Both the position numbers and the translations under genes were made by a program. Below, piece by piece: positions 52,138 to 63,402 of a stretch of 64,000 nt of DNA; positions within the stretch are counted from its first letter, which is position 1; each line of letters opens with the position of its first letter. Source of the stretch: Curvularia clavata (taxonomy: Eukaryota); the NCBI GenBank assembly GCA_023920165.1, contig CP089275.1, positions 1,798,001 to 1,862,000 on the forward strand, given 5' to 3'. The notes under the pieces are model-generated. The model ran no database searches. It was not told the DNA's origin and saw only the letters and a program-made list of their open reading frames with translations.

Positions 52138-55100
52138 TTACTCCTTATCAACAATCAACACATCCACCGCCGCGTCCTCAGGATGATGTCTCTCCCTCAG
52201 CAGATTCTTCTTAGCCCGTTTGCTGCGGAAATGGCGCGTGACAAAATGACTTGGGATCGCGCTCTCGGACGCCATGAGACGGTACTGCTTGGCGGATGGG
52301 GGTGAAGAATCCGCCTTCATGCGAATACATCGTTTTTCGTTCCACATGTGGTAGGACTGGCCGTTTTGCAGAGTCCAAGGACCGGTGGTGGGATCGTCGT
52401 CTTCGTCTACCTCATTGCGGTATTGGATTACGGCTGTGCCAAGGCACTTTGGAGCCATGCGCCAGGATTGCTGTAGTGCCGCCTGGCAGGGATTGTCCTT
52501 GCATATTAAACATGTCGTTGTCATGTAGGCGAATGTGACGCCTTCTTCTGAGTCCGCGAGGACTTGCGCCCAAAGGTGTTTGTCTTGGCATGAGACTTTG
52601 ACGCCGCGGTGAAGATCACCTTCCTTTGGCCAAGCTATCTTGATATGTGTCCGCTCGCGGTTCAGGCCTGTGGGCTCGAGGATGCTCAGTATGCGGTGGA
52701 AGTATTTGAGCAGAGTAACGTAGGAGGCGGCGGAGGAGTGGCGCAGCGTGCGTAACCACTCGCTGACACCGTCTCTGCACAAACCGCTCACAATGCCGTC
52801 TTGGGTGTTCCAATCGTTCCAATCCGTTTCTCCCATGTGTGTGATGCAAAATGTGGGAATGAGATCGCTGAGGAGTTCCTGGAGCGAAATCCGGCGTGCG
52901 ACACCGGTACAGCAGCTCACTTGGACGCCGACATAGTATCCCAGGAACTCCATCAAACCGAAATCTCCCTGTTCAAGCTGATATTCCTTGAGCAATTTTG
53001 CGGGGATCTTGCTCCATACTTGGATAGCTTGAAGCGCAACATGGTCGGGCCCAACCTGCAATCCAAGTTGCCTTTGGTTCATAGCCCATCCCTCGGGTCG
53101 AACGGCTAGATGGACGAGGGGGCACGACAACCTCCATGTTTTCCAGTCAAACGAGCACTGTGTGAGATTCTTGGTGACGGGCGCCCCCACAATGACCCTG
53201 TTCCGGTAGTGGAAAGATCTCTCGGGGGATTTCTTTGGGCCGGGTCCAGCCTCCCAATGCAATCTACGACCAAACTCGTATTCATAATAGATTACGCCGC
53301 CTCCAACATTGATGGATTGCAGCCATGCTATCTCATCTTCTTTGTCCCCACAAGAAACTAGCTGTCCCGGTCCCCAAGTGTATAAGATGTCTTCTGGTGT
53401 CGCTGCTACATTATGCACATCCTGGTCGGCGAAGAGATCTTTGAGACCAAGTTGAGAAATTTTGTTAGGATCCGAAAACGCCTCTTGGATAACTGCTTGC
53501 GATCTCTCACTCTCGCTTGGAGGATCGCGTAACAAGCTGAAGGTTATTAGCGGTCCTTTGGTCATTTCGCTCAGGCAGGTGAGCTTGGTCAGGCGGACTG
53601 CAATGTGAGGACGGGGGAGCATTCCATCACCATTCAGCGTGTCTCTTCCTAGTAATACGGACCTCTCTTGCGGGTGGTTGGTGAAAACCGACTCTATAGG
53701 CCCTATGTGTCCTTGGCAGAATGACACAAGTCCGATGCATAGGCATTGTGCAGCTAAACAGCAGAAATGAAGGGGATCTTCAATCATGCATCGATCAAAG
53801 GACCACAGAGTGTCCTTAAGAAAGGGAGCTAGAACCGCGAAAGCCTCTAACAGCAGCGTCCCTCGACTGAGCATGTCAGAGGAGATGCACGATGGTAGTT
53901 TATCGAGTTCCTTGTATAGTTGGGCAGCCAAATCAATATCAACTCTCATAATTTCCACCTCGCGTATAGAGGCATTCGGTGTAGCAGAAGTGCGAGCGAT
54001 TGTAAGATATTCGAGACACAGACCAGCGCCTTGGAGAGCCGTTGCCGCTTCGCAGAAGCTTCTGAGAATGCGTTTTAATCGGGAAGCCAACTGAGACAGT
54101 CGTGTGGCTTCATCATCCTGGGAAGCGATTGAGTAGCTTATGTACGAGGTTGAAAAGTTGTCTTCAAAAATGACTTCACCGTTCCAATCCTGTAAAGACC
54201 GAGAGGTTGGTGCAACTCCGCCGAGACCGCAAAGCTGCTGAACTATCTTTTTGATGTCATGGCGCTTGGACAACCATGGAGAGTTCGAGAAGGCGTTTCT
54301 TACAGGATCCTTGGCTATCATCTCTCGATGTCGTAATATCCAATCTGCAGCAGTGTCCTTGGAAATCAGTGCCAGACGCTGTGCATTCTGAGCCGGCAGA
54401 TCTTGGGGATCACAGTAGATCCACGGCGCGTCATTTTCCTCCTCAAGGAGAAGCTGTGAAATATCGTACCAGCTGTAGCCTACGTCGGCGAGCTCGTTGA
54501 GCCACTCGTAGTCGTCTCGAGCTACCTTCTCAAATTCGATTTCCAGCAGCATTCGTACGGTACGAGAATCACGACGCTGCAACGCTTCGGTTAGGTGTGC
54601 TGGCGTCTTTTCTGGCTTTTCGAACTTACCAAAGTCTACTTGCCTGGGAATCAAAGCGGAAGGCAATGTAAGCTCCGGCGCTTGCGTCAGGTCTCCTGGT
54701 GTCTTGTCTGGTATCTTGACCCTGCCTAATTCCACTTGCCTTTGAATCGCGCCAGACGAACCAAACATGGGTTCCAACCTTACTCCGCCAAAACTCCACC
54801 CATCAACAGCGGTTTCCTTCTCGTATCTCTTACTGACCAAGAAACCCAACGCGCCATCCAGACCCACACTGACCTCTGTATCGCCCTGGATTTCCACCCA
54901 CCCTTTCCCTTTGAACTCCTCGTATCGACGACTCCCGACACGCACTCTGACAGCGTCGGGATGCAGCAGCACAGAGGCGACGTCTGGTGTAATTTTGACG
55001 TCGACATAGCGTGTCGTAAACGTCTGGTAGTCAAACGGTTTACCTACGCTAAAGACAACGTCGCGGGGCGGAGAAAAAGCCGAGTCATGGAAAGCGACAA

Positions 55101-56754
55101 TGAAAGAGACTCTGTATTTGCCCTGTGGAATGCCTGTTTTGATACTTCGCAAGCAAATATTTTCGGCGGATACACATTGGTAGACAGCGGCTTCTTCACG
55201 GCGGCCGTCGTGATCTAGGTCAGCTGCTACGGGGTAGATTTTGCGGAGGCGGCCGGTCTCATCCATAGCGAGTCCCCCTTCGCCAGTTGGCGAGGACCTA
55301 GTACGGAAATGTTGTGGTGTTGTGAGACCAACACCCATGGGCAAGCCACTTTTGAAATCTACGTGTACGAGCTTGAAAGAGTCGCCGAGCTGGCGGCTTC
55401 CTGACGTGTCAACAGCAAATTCGGTGGCGCCGATTTCGAACTTGGGTGGGAGAGCAGAGAGATTTGCCATGAGCTCGGCAAAGGCCCTTGCTTTGCGGAT
55501 TTGCAGGCTGTCTGTCATGTAGAGTTCAGTCAGGCTGGCCATCTCGTCTTCCTTCATCCATTGCTCTAGACTGACATCGGCGAGGCCGCGGTCGACGTCG
55601 AAGCGGAAGTACTTTGTATCTGAATTAGTGTACATACGCCTCATTTCGTTGTCCACGCGTGCTGTGCTAGTAGCCATGCCGGTAAGTGCACTGGCAATAG
55701 AAAGGTCAGTCCCGAGGCCAAACGGTAGCCATGAGGCTATCTTCTTAACACTAGGAATACTCTGCAGACCTGTTCCGACGGAGAGAATGACACCTATGGA
55801 TCGATCTTCCCACAATGCTTTGGCCGCATAGTCGACCTCTGCACAAGGGTTGTTGAAGCCAACGCCACCGTCTAGGTATGTGACTTTGGGTGTACCAAAC
55901 TGCATTTCTTCAAAAAATGTCGGTGCTGCCGACGTGGCTCGCAACGCCTCCCAAATGCGAGTAGTCCGGTCATTTGGGTCATAGGTAGATAGGACCCTGG
56001 GAAGCCCTAATGCATTCTTGAGTGAAGTGAGGACAAGGCCGCGACAGCCTTTTTTATCTGCTTTTTGGTGGACCGATGTTCGTTTGTGAGCTTTCCAGGT
56101 AGATTTTCGCGTGGGCTGCTTTGGATTGAATGGACTAGAGCTGTAGAGGGTCGACCCAGGCTTTGTATCACCAGGAGTCCCTGATTCTAATGAGGCCAGC
56201 GAGTTTTTCATGGTCGCCAACGGGCTTTCGGTAAGTGTCAACTTGGGCGCGGCATCTGCCCAGATGCTGTCCCCAGGCAGGTCGTCTTCTATCTCCTCGA
56301 ACAGTTCCTCATCCCACATGAGCTCGTCGGCATCGAAGCCTAGATCTGTAAGAGCACTTTTGATGGCGTTTGCTAGTACCGCACCGGAAAATCGGGTGGC
56401 TCCCGTGGGTATTTTCATGCCAAAAGCATTGATTGATCGGTCATGCTTGAAGATCTGCTCAGCCAGCTTGCAGTAAACAGCTATGCATTGCTTGCAGTCG
56501 AGTCTCAACCGCGAAAGCATAATAGCGATGATACCTCCGGTCGATGTACCGCCAATGAGATCGAAATAATCACATGGCTTGAGTGGCTCATAATCGTTGG
56601 TGGCTCTTCTCCCTAGTCTCTTTTCTTCCAAGGCAATGTTTTCCATCAGCGTGTCGAGAACAAGAAGTGACGACAACCCACGCACGCCTCCTCCGTCGAG
56701 GGACAGCAACCGCAGCGGTGCATTTGGGTTTCTCTCAGCGTTTGAGAGGTCCAT
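52138..56754 (-). CDS. 1538-aa intronless protein: patatin-like phospholipase + PP2-lectin-like domain + large uncharacterised C-terminal domain
   Basis: LLSLDGGGVRG, FDLIGGTSTGG (nucleophile Ser), WEALRATSAAPTFF and YLDGGVGFNNP (catalytic Asp) are all intact. The middle domain runs GKYRVSF…GWVEIQG…GWSFGGVRLEP. The C-terminal part has LCGLGG, TWGPG, GVQVSCCTGVARRISL and WAQVLADSE…TFAY. Confidence 0.88.
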   Translation of the reverse strand: MDLSNAERNPNAPLRLLSLDGGGVRGLSSLLVLDTLMENIALEEKRLGRRATNDYEPLKPCDYFDLIGGTSTGGIIAIMLSRLRLDCKQCIAVYCKLAEQIFKHDRSINAFGMKIPTGATRFSGAVLANAIKSALTDLGFDADELMWDEELFEEIEDDLPGDSIWADAAPKLTLTESPLATMKNSLASLESGTPGDTKPGSTLYSSSPFNPKQPTRKSTWKAHKRTSVHQKADKKGCRGLVLTSLKNALGLPRVLSTYDPNDRTTRIWEALRATSAAPTFFEEMQFGTPKVTYLDGGVGFNNPCAEVDYAAKALWEDRSIGVILSVGTGLQSIPSVKKIASWLPFGLGTDLSIASALTGMATSTARVDNEMRRMYTNSDTKYFRFDVDRGLADVSLEQWMKEDEMASLTELYMTDSLQIRKARAFAELMANLSALPPKFEIGATEFAVDTSGSRQLGDSFKLVHVDFKSGLPMGVGLTTPQHFRTRSSPTGEGGLAMDETGRLRKIYPVAADLDHDGRREEAAVYQCVSAENICLRSIKTGIPQGKYRVSFIVAFHDSAFSPPRDVVFSVGKPFDYQTFTTRYVDVKITPDVASVLLHPDAVRVRVGSRRYEEFKGKGWVEIQGDTEVSVGLDGALGFLVSKRYEKETAVDGWSFGGVRLEPMFGSSGAIQRQVELGRVKIPDKTPGDLTQAPELTLPSALIPRQVDFGKFEKPEKTPAHLTEALQRRDSRTVRMLLEIEFEKVARDDYEWLNELADVGYSWYDISQLLLEEENDAPWIYCDPQDLPAQNAQRLALISKDTAADWILRHREMIAKDPVRNAFSNSPWLSKRHDIKKIVQQLCGLGGVAPTSRSLQDWNGEVIFEDNFSTSYISYSIASQDDEATRLSQLASRLKRILRSFCEAATALQGAGLCLEYLTIARTSATPNASIREVEIMRVDIDLAAQLYKELDKLPSCISSDMLSRGTLLLEAFAVLAPFLKDTLWSFDRCMIEDPLHFCCLAAQCLCIGLVSFCQGHIGPIESVFTNHPQERSVLLGRDTLNGDGMLPRPHIAVRLTKLTCLSEMTKGPLITFSLLRDPPSESERSQAVIQEAFSDPNKISQLGLKDLFADQDVHNVAATPEDILYTWGPGQLVSCGDKEDEIAWLQSINVGGGVIYYEYEFGRRLHWEAGPGPKKSPERSFHYRNRVIVGAPVTKNLTQCSFDWKTWRLSCPLVHLAVRPEGWAMNQRQLGLQVGPDHVALQAIQVWSKIPAKLLKEYQLEQGDFGLMEFLGYYVGVQVSCCTGVARRISLQELLSDLIPTFCITHMGETDWNDWNTQDGIVSGLCRDGVSEWLRTLRHSSAASYVTLLKYFHRILSILEPTGLNRERTHIKIAWPKEGDLHRGVKVSCQDKHLWAQVLADSEEGVTFAYMTTTCLICKDNPCQAALQQSWRMAPKCLGTAVIQYRNEVDEDDDPTTGPWTLQNGQSYHMWNEKRCIRMKADSSPPSAKQYRLMASESAIPSHFVTRHFRSKRAKKNLLRERHHPEDAAVDVLIVDKE

Positions 56755-58459
56755 GGTTGAGGTTTGCCTGAGTGGGCAGGCAATCCTCTTTTCCGTATTT
56801 GATCTTTGGCTATACAACGCGGAAGCCTCGTGGGGTTTGGATAAGTTTTAACGAAAGTTTTGAATATTGGGAATCGTGCCGAGTACAGTTGAGCGTAATC
56901 TCACAAACAGCAGCGTGTTAACAGAGTGTACTCTGTAGCTGCCTTATGTATGCTTATTACCGGCACCGGGAGGCCTCCTCGACGTGGCTGTGCTGATGGT
57001 GACGCGATGAGTCAGGTGGCCGAGTGGCCTGTAGATCGGTGCTGCCAGCAAGGCTGCACTATTGTGTCGAATGGCGATCTGGGACAGGAGGTCATCGTCG
57101 CACATGTAGGGTAGGAAGGTATCATATTATATGTTGAGCAGCAAATGTGGCGGAGCTGGTGGAGCTGATACAGCTGCCTAGCCACGTTCAGGCGGCTGTT
57201 ACTGAAATGGGCGAAGAAAACTGCCTCCCCCACAATAGTGCAGCCACCCCTCAATCACACCTTCCCGTTCTTAGAGACCCGAGGCAGACAGGAACATTTT
57301 TATCTCAAATTCACACTATCTACCACAAGATTCAATAGATGCTGCCATCTTGAATGTAATCCAAGCCGTTAATAGGGGGATTTGTATCCAGCCATTGTAC
57401 GGTACACCAGGAGAGCCTCTTCCCTATACTAGTCCACTATATTTAACTCTGCCTTCGTAAGCTTCCAATATCGCTAGAGTTACTCTCTATTGATTCGTGT
57501 CGTGAACCATACAGACCATTTACTACTTTACTTTTAGGACACCCACTCAGCCCCATAACCCCAGCACAGATGTGCCGTGTTACCGAAGATGGGAGCTTGG
57601 GGGCCAACTTCGTGCTGATCCTTCAAACGCAACTAGTCATGTCCACATAGTAACACCGGAAACAAGGCAAAATGCACAAGCAGAATAATATCCAGTATGT
57701 CATTAACAACTACCCGTCACTCCTCGTACCAGTGAGTGTGCGTCGAGAAAGAAAAAAAATTCAACAATTAAAACAGTCGAGTTGCGACATGACAACGTGT
57801 CGGTGTGTGGTTGCTTGGACCAATCACCAGTGCTGCACGATACAGGTGGGACACGTAGAGTGGTCAGCAGACAGAGAAGGGTGGAGGGGGGCTGATGTAA
57901 GAGGTGTGTGTGCCGGAACGCCGAGCTGAGGCTCTGCGGGTTCGCGCAACGCACGGTGATGTTATTGATGTAATACATATGAAACGTCCGATCAAGGTAT
58001 GTAAGTAAAGTATGTAAGTAGTGTAGAAACAAAACGAAACGAAACAACAAAGGCGCGCTGAGCTGAGGCCTCGTGTGAGCTGGATTAAATTACATGTTTG
58101 TATCGCGTACTGATGCGTTTAGAGGGGGGAAAAACCGGCGACTATATGCAAAAACCAGGTGTGCATAAAACTCAATAATGCTGAATATTCAAAACCCTGG
58201 GTATTATAATCGAATGCTCTGTGTAACGCCGTACGTGTTCCCCCCCAATATCGGGTCGTTAGTCATGATAAGTCGTAAGTCGTTTTCGTTAAGGTCGCTC
58301 TGCAGGCTGCATGTCCTGCAAGTCATTATCTCTGAGGGAGATCAGCGGCTGTGACGGAGAAGGAGTGTAGCGGAAAACTGACATCCATCCATCTCGTCCA
58401 GTGTGCTGTGGGGTCGTGCAATAACATTCTTGGACCCTGGCGACAAGAGTGGAGTTGAG

Positions 58460-58561
58460 CAAGTGGTCGTGGTAGTCGGATAGTAAATGATGGTGGTCGT
58501 TGTAGACAGAGGGTAGATGATGGCGTTCGTGGTAACCAAATGAGATATGATGGCGGTTGTT
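58460..58561. repeat. Degenerate 30-bp tandem repeat (~3.5 units) just 3' of the Pro/Ser-rich gene
   Basis: Minus strand reads taccacgaacgccatcatctaccctctgtc / tacaacgaccaccatcatttactatccgac / taccacgaccac…. Confidence 0.55.
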
Positions 58562-59754
58562 CAATTAGTGAGGGCTGCAAAGCCTGTCCATTCCATGTAA
58601 GCCGATGTTCGTTGGTCGTATATGCGTTCCAGACATGCATCCGATTCTTTTGCTCGGAGGGTTCGCAGATTGTCGAACCTAGGGCTGTCCTTGCGCCTCA
58701 GCTTTTGGCGGGGAATGTAGACTGGGGAAGGCGAAGTGGCGATGGTCCAGTAGGCTGGGGAAAAGTAGCACATTGGCGAGCGAGCGCGGGTTGCTGGGGA
58801 ACTCGGTGGAGATGTCGTCGGTGTCGATGGTGTCGAAGGTGCCGACGCAGAAAAACTGGCTACTTCTGAAAAAACGGATGGGGTCGGGGATGAGGTCACA
58901 GAACTGGTGTGCGAGGTGACGGGCGATAGGACCATGGGGGATGGGGGCTGGAAAGGAGCAATGTTGGCAGGTCCGGGGCGGCGCACGCTTCCTTTTCCAG
59001 AAAGTGGGGATGGTCTCTTTGGGGTCGAAGCCGTTACGGAGGACGGCTTGGAGGGAATCGCCTTGGACGCGGTCGCCTTTGAGGGAGCAGGCTTGAAGGG
59101 AGTCGCCATTGACGGAATAGGTGGGGCCGGCCTGGTTGGGTGAGGAGGTATCGCAGGAGTAGCCGTTGCTGGAGCAGTCTTGGGTGGAGTGGTTTTGCGT
59201 GGAGTAGCCTGTGTCTTCTTGGTCGACTTGGGGATGGTGATGAGGGTTGGGCGTTCCTTTGGAGAGGTGGGTGGGGACATGGTGACCACGGTGTGGGTCT
59301 GGTCCTCGGATGGTTGCGCATCCTCCCTGTGGGACAGCGGCGAGGGCCGTCGCTCAGAGGTAGTGGCACGGCGAACACGCGGCGGCAGCGTGTTGCGGCG
59401 GCTGAATAGAGGCGATGGGCTTTTGACAATGTCCGAGTTGAACTGGAAGGGCTCTGGTGGTCGTGAGGGGCGCGACGATCGCGAGGGTAGCGAATTGCTT
59501 CTGCTGGGCAGCGAATTGCTCCGGCTGAAGAGCGGCTTGGGGACGAGGTCGGGCTGGGATCCGAACGTGAACATGGGCGGGCCAGCGAGGTCGGTCATGT
59601 CTACATCAGGCTTTTCGGAGGGCTGGTCGACGGGCTGGGGTTTTCTGTACTGGTAGAACTGGCGATAGGGGTGGCGCCGGGGGACGGGTGGTGTTTTGCA
59701 TAGCGTCAACGTCTCGTCCATCAACACGTCGAGGTCGGCCATCTTTCTTTTCAT
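58561..59754 (-). CDS. Pro/Ser/Thr-rich hypothetical protein, probably disordered
   Basis: Open frame of about 397 codons from ATG 59754 (MKRKMADLD…), with an internal SRSNSLP tandem and a structured-looking C-terminal block QKLRRKDSPRFDNLRTLRAKESDACLERIYD. Confidence 0.6.
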   Translation of the reverse strand: MKRKMADLDVLMDETLTLCKTPPVPRRHPYRQFYQYRKPQPVDQPSEKPDVDMTDLAGPPMFTFGSQPDLVPKPLFSRSNSLPSRSNSLPSRSSRPSRPPEPFQFNSDIVKSPSPLFSRRNTLPPRVRRATTSERRPSPLSHREDAQPSEDQTHTVVTMSPPTSPKERPTLITIPKSTKKTQATPRKTTPPKTAPATATPAIPPHPTRPAPPIPSMATPFKPAPSKATASKAIPSKPSSVTASTPKRPSPLSGKGSVRRPGPANIAPFQPPSPMVLSPVTSHTSSVTSSPTPSVFSEVASFSASAPSTPSTPTTSPPSSPATRARSPMCYFSPAYWTIATSPSPVYIPRQKLRRKDSPRFDNLRTLRAKESDACLERIYDQRTSAYMEWTGFAALTN

Positions 59755-60970
59755 GCTAGAGGCCCGCGGCAGACGCAGCCAAAGGTCGCAGGCTCGTGTC
59801 TGGGAGGGGCAGCGTGTCGTATCCTGGGGGTAGACGGCGGAGGGGGAGGGTGAATAAGAGGACGTGGTGGGTTGCAAGCGAGACGAGACAAGACAAACGG
59901 CGCTGGCAGCGTGGTCTGGGCAGCGGCGGCGGCGAGGGCCAGAGAGCAGGGCGGGAATTTTAGGATGTCCAACGACGCCGTCACCCGCCTACTCAGGAGA
60001 CCCGAATTAGTCGGTCAGATCCCTGCTTACGTGCGCGGCCACGCGAGGCACTATCTGGCGTCATTGGTTGGCGATGCAGGCCAAGCCAAGTTGCGGTAAA
60101 GACCATCCAAGGACTCCAAGGTTTGCCAGCGTGGCTGGGCCCCCGTAGCCCTGCATCGTGATTTTGACCGCCCCACGATACGGCGAAGCGTGACCCCTCA
60201 TGCTGTTCGGCGCTTCTTCGCTCAGCTGAGCGCTGGCAGGCAGAGCCCAGTACGCCCATATTGTCCCTCTCCGCCTCGTCGAGCTGCTGCTGACGGGCAG
60301 CCGAAATAGGGTCATGGTGAGATGGCCTGAGTGAGCACCTTGTGCGACCAACGGACCGCACAGTCTGCTCCCCAGCACCAGCCCGAGTACGCGCCCTCTC
60401 TCAGTCTCTTCTCGCGCCTCAACCAAAATGGGCAAGACGGGAACTAACGGCGTCCGGCTCATCGGCCCCCCTTGAGCTGCATCCCCGCCAATCGTCTTTG
60501 TCAAGTTTTCATCGCCAGCCCATCATGTCATTCCGCATGCCATGACGGCTGCCACGCTGCTGGGTGGGGTGTCCATCATACTACCGTCTACCATCTCTCT
60601 ATACACAGCCTTGTAGCATGACGCAAAGACGGTGTGTAAAAGAATGAACATGCGTTCTCATTCATGCGAGCTTTGGCCGCATACAGCACCCCCCGAGCAC
60701 GGCTACATACATACTCCGTACTACATGCAAAGCAATTCCGTCCTCGTCAACATATTACAATCATGTACCCTTCTATCAATTGGGAAAGACGAGAAGGAAA
60801 TTACAGGAAAAGGAAAGAAAAAAACTTTGGTCATGTAGACGCACCCGACATGTGTAAACCCCTGTAGATGCAAACATTAACCGTACCAAGACACACCCCT
60901 GGTATCATTCAAGATTACGCAAACCAAACCTTCCTCTAATTATAACACGCCGACCTTGCTTCGCCTTGGT

Positions 60971-62827
60971 TCAATCCACGTCACCGGAGAAGGTTCGTCG
61001 TCGCAGAGTTGCATTCTGCAGATTGTTGAGGGGAATGCCAAAGTCGTCCTCGTCCCAGTCGGCTTCGTCATCTGACTCCCACGAACACGGAATCTTCTCG
61101 GCCCGACGAGCGCGATACGCACTCAACCCAATGCCATTCGAGATGGTCGTGGCAATCCGCAGCATCATCGACACGAGATGCGCTGGTGGGCCCAGGACGA
61201 TCTCACATGTCCGGCGCACCAGGGCATTGGTGAACTCTTTGCTCGGGCTGTGCTTGGGCGGACAGAAGAGGTTCTGCGTCGGCGGCATGGGTGAAAACGC
61301 CCGCCTCTGCGACGCTCCAGTCAATCGTTTCATCCGCATGGCGTCTGGCGGCGTGGCAATATCCAGGCTCGCTCCTCCCAGACTATCGTTGTCCGAGTCG
61401 CTGACGAGTGGCGGGGTAGACGGTGCTGACGACGGGCGCATATCGGTCGAGACAATGGTAGTCGCCGTGGGATAATAGGGAACCGTTGGAGTAATGGGCC
61501 CTGGTGCATCGGTTCGCTCCAGGGAAGAAGCGCGAACTGTGGCTTCTGATACATGGCGTCGATGTGTCGAGCGGCCCCTGGGTTCGTCTTGCTCTGCAGA
61601 GAAAGGGGCTGCCCATGGGTTCATCACAATTGGCTCCGCCTCTAGATATTTGGGCGAAGGGGTTCCTGTAGTCACAGTGTCGAGCGAGTAGAAGGAATCC
61701 GTGCTCGAAGCCATGCTGCCAGCGTCTGACACTTGACGCTCGAGCACTGGCTTCTCACTGTCGCCATTTGGCTGAGCCCGTGGCGACTCGACAATGCGTT
61801 GCATAGGAGGTGCAAGTATAGATGCAGACGCCGTTCTATGTGTCCGAATCGGCGCAGTCACAGAGCGTGTACCCTGGAAGATGCTTGCGCGTTCTGCCAC
61901 GGAGAGGCGGCGTGGTGCTACATTGGTGGGAAGTGATAGAGCTTGAGGCTGTGGCAGTGTCCTCGCAAAGGGAATCTCTGGTGCTTCAGGCACAGCCTCA
62001 CTGCTGTCGGTGCAAATGCTCCGGCGATCATCCTCATCGTTGGACGAAGCCGTGCTTGCAAATGACCGGTCAGTGCATGAGGTAGAAGGCCGCGAGCCAT
62101 GTTGTTCCGGCACCCAGGTCTTGTCCAGTATCCACTTCTTTGCCTGGCCAGAAGGTTTCCTCTTGACCGTCTTGCGCGGCGGGCTCTTGGGGCGCTGCAG
62201 CTCTTCGGTTCCGGACCCCCTCCTAAAGGGACATTGTGTGCGCTCATACTGCATCACATGGGCCAGGACCGACTTGAAGTGGGTGACCTTGGCCTTGTCG
62301 TCGTCGGTCTCGAAGGGAAGCTCCATGCGGTAGTATGAGTCGTGGCGTACGCGCAGCACGAAGACGGACTGGTTGTCGACGCACCAGCATTGTGAGCGGG
62401 GGAAGATTGTGTGGAGTAGGTTGCCGCTGTTAAGGAAGGAGACGTTGGAGGCGGTCACACGGTAGATGCGCAGGACACCTGGTCAGACATTAGCACTCAT
62501 TAGACGCCACAGCACATGGGGCGACATGCCGACTGCCAGTGTGCGCTCGGTGGGCGTCTTCCACGGTATCGGCTGCCATGCGACGCCCTGTCGGTCGGGT
62601 GAGGGGCGCCGAGCGGCGCCCGCTGTGGTAAAGGAGAAGATCTTGCAGTCGGAGCAGACAAACAGCGTCTCGATGCCATCTGCGCTGTGTGTCGAGGCAG
62701 GCACTGACGCCGTCCTCTGTGCAGCGCGCGCGGGCATAGTGAAGCTCCTCCGGCCGCTGGTAGAGTTGCTGACACTGAGGGCCGAGGGCGCGTCATGGGG
62801 GTGCTGGGATGAAGCCGGCAGGGGCAT
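60971..62827 (-). CDS. INP1: Inheritance of peroxisomes protein 1 (Inp1 domain), 2 exons
   Basis: IETLF…PWKTPTERTLAV|GVLRIYRV…FLNSGNLLHTIFPRSQCWCVD…FVLR…YYRMELP, with a C-terminal WDEDDFGIPL. Intron 62529-62479 is GC-AG. The start could also be 62908. Confidence 0.82.
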
Positions 62828-63402
62828 GGCGGGCTGTCTATGCGGTCTATGTGAGCATGTCGGGGCCAGGCAGTGTGGTAGCAAAGACGGCGTATACGTA
62901 GGAGACAAGGCTCGGCACCTGGCCAGAGGATTGCTCGAGTCTTTGGCAAGTGTCGTGTGCGTGTCGAGGGGAAGGTCGTCTCAGCTGCGTCGGTCAATGG
63001 CAGCGGGCGGAAGGCTACGCGCTGCCGCCGCTATGGCCACCGGCATGCTGCCTGTGTCTGTCGAGTCTCAACCTGGTCTGCGACCCCGCGTGTCAGACAT
63101 AGATGGCTCTCTGGCCATGCCACAGTATCGCGAGCACGTCGCCATGAATACGGGCGTGTACATGCTGCCATGCACAAAGCGCGCGTGCCCTCTGTTCGCA
63201 GCGGAGCGCTGCATAGCTCTGGGGCCGTCGGCGGCGCGGCTGCTGGCGCCCCATAGCGCTACGTCATGTGCTCCGCCAGTTCGCAGGGCGTTCGCACATG
63301 CACTCAGCACAGTAGCCCACAATACCAAGCTTTGCTGCGTGTCCGCTGTGCAGCCTCAGACCACCACGCTGCCTGCCCGACTGGCCTCTCGGACCGCCCG
63401 CC

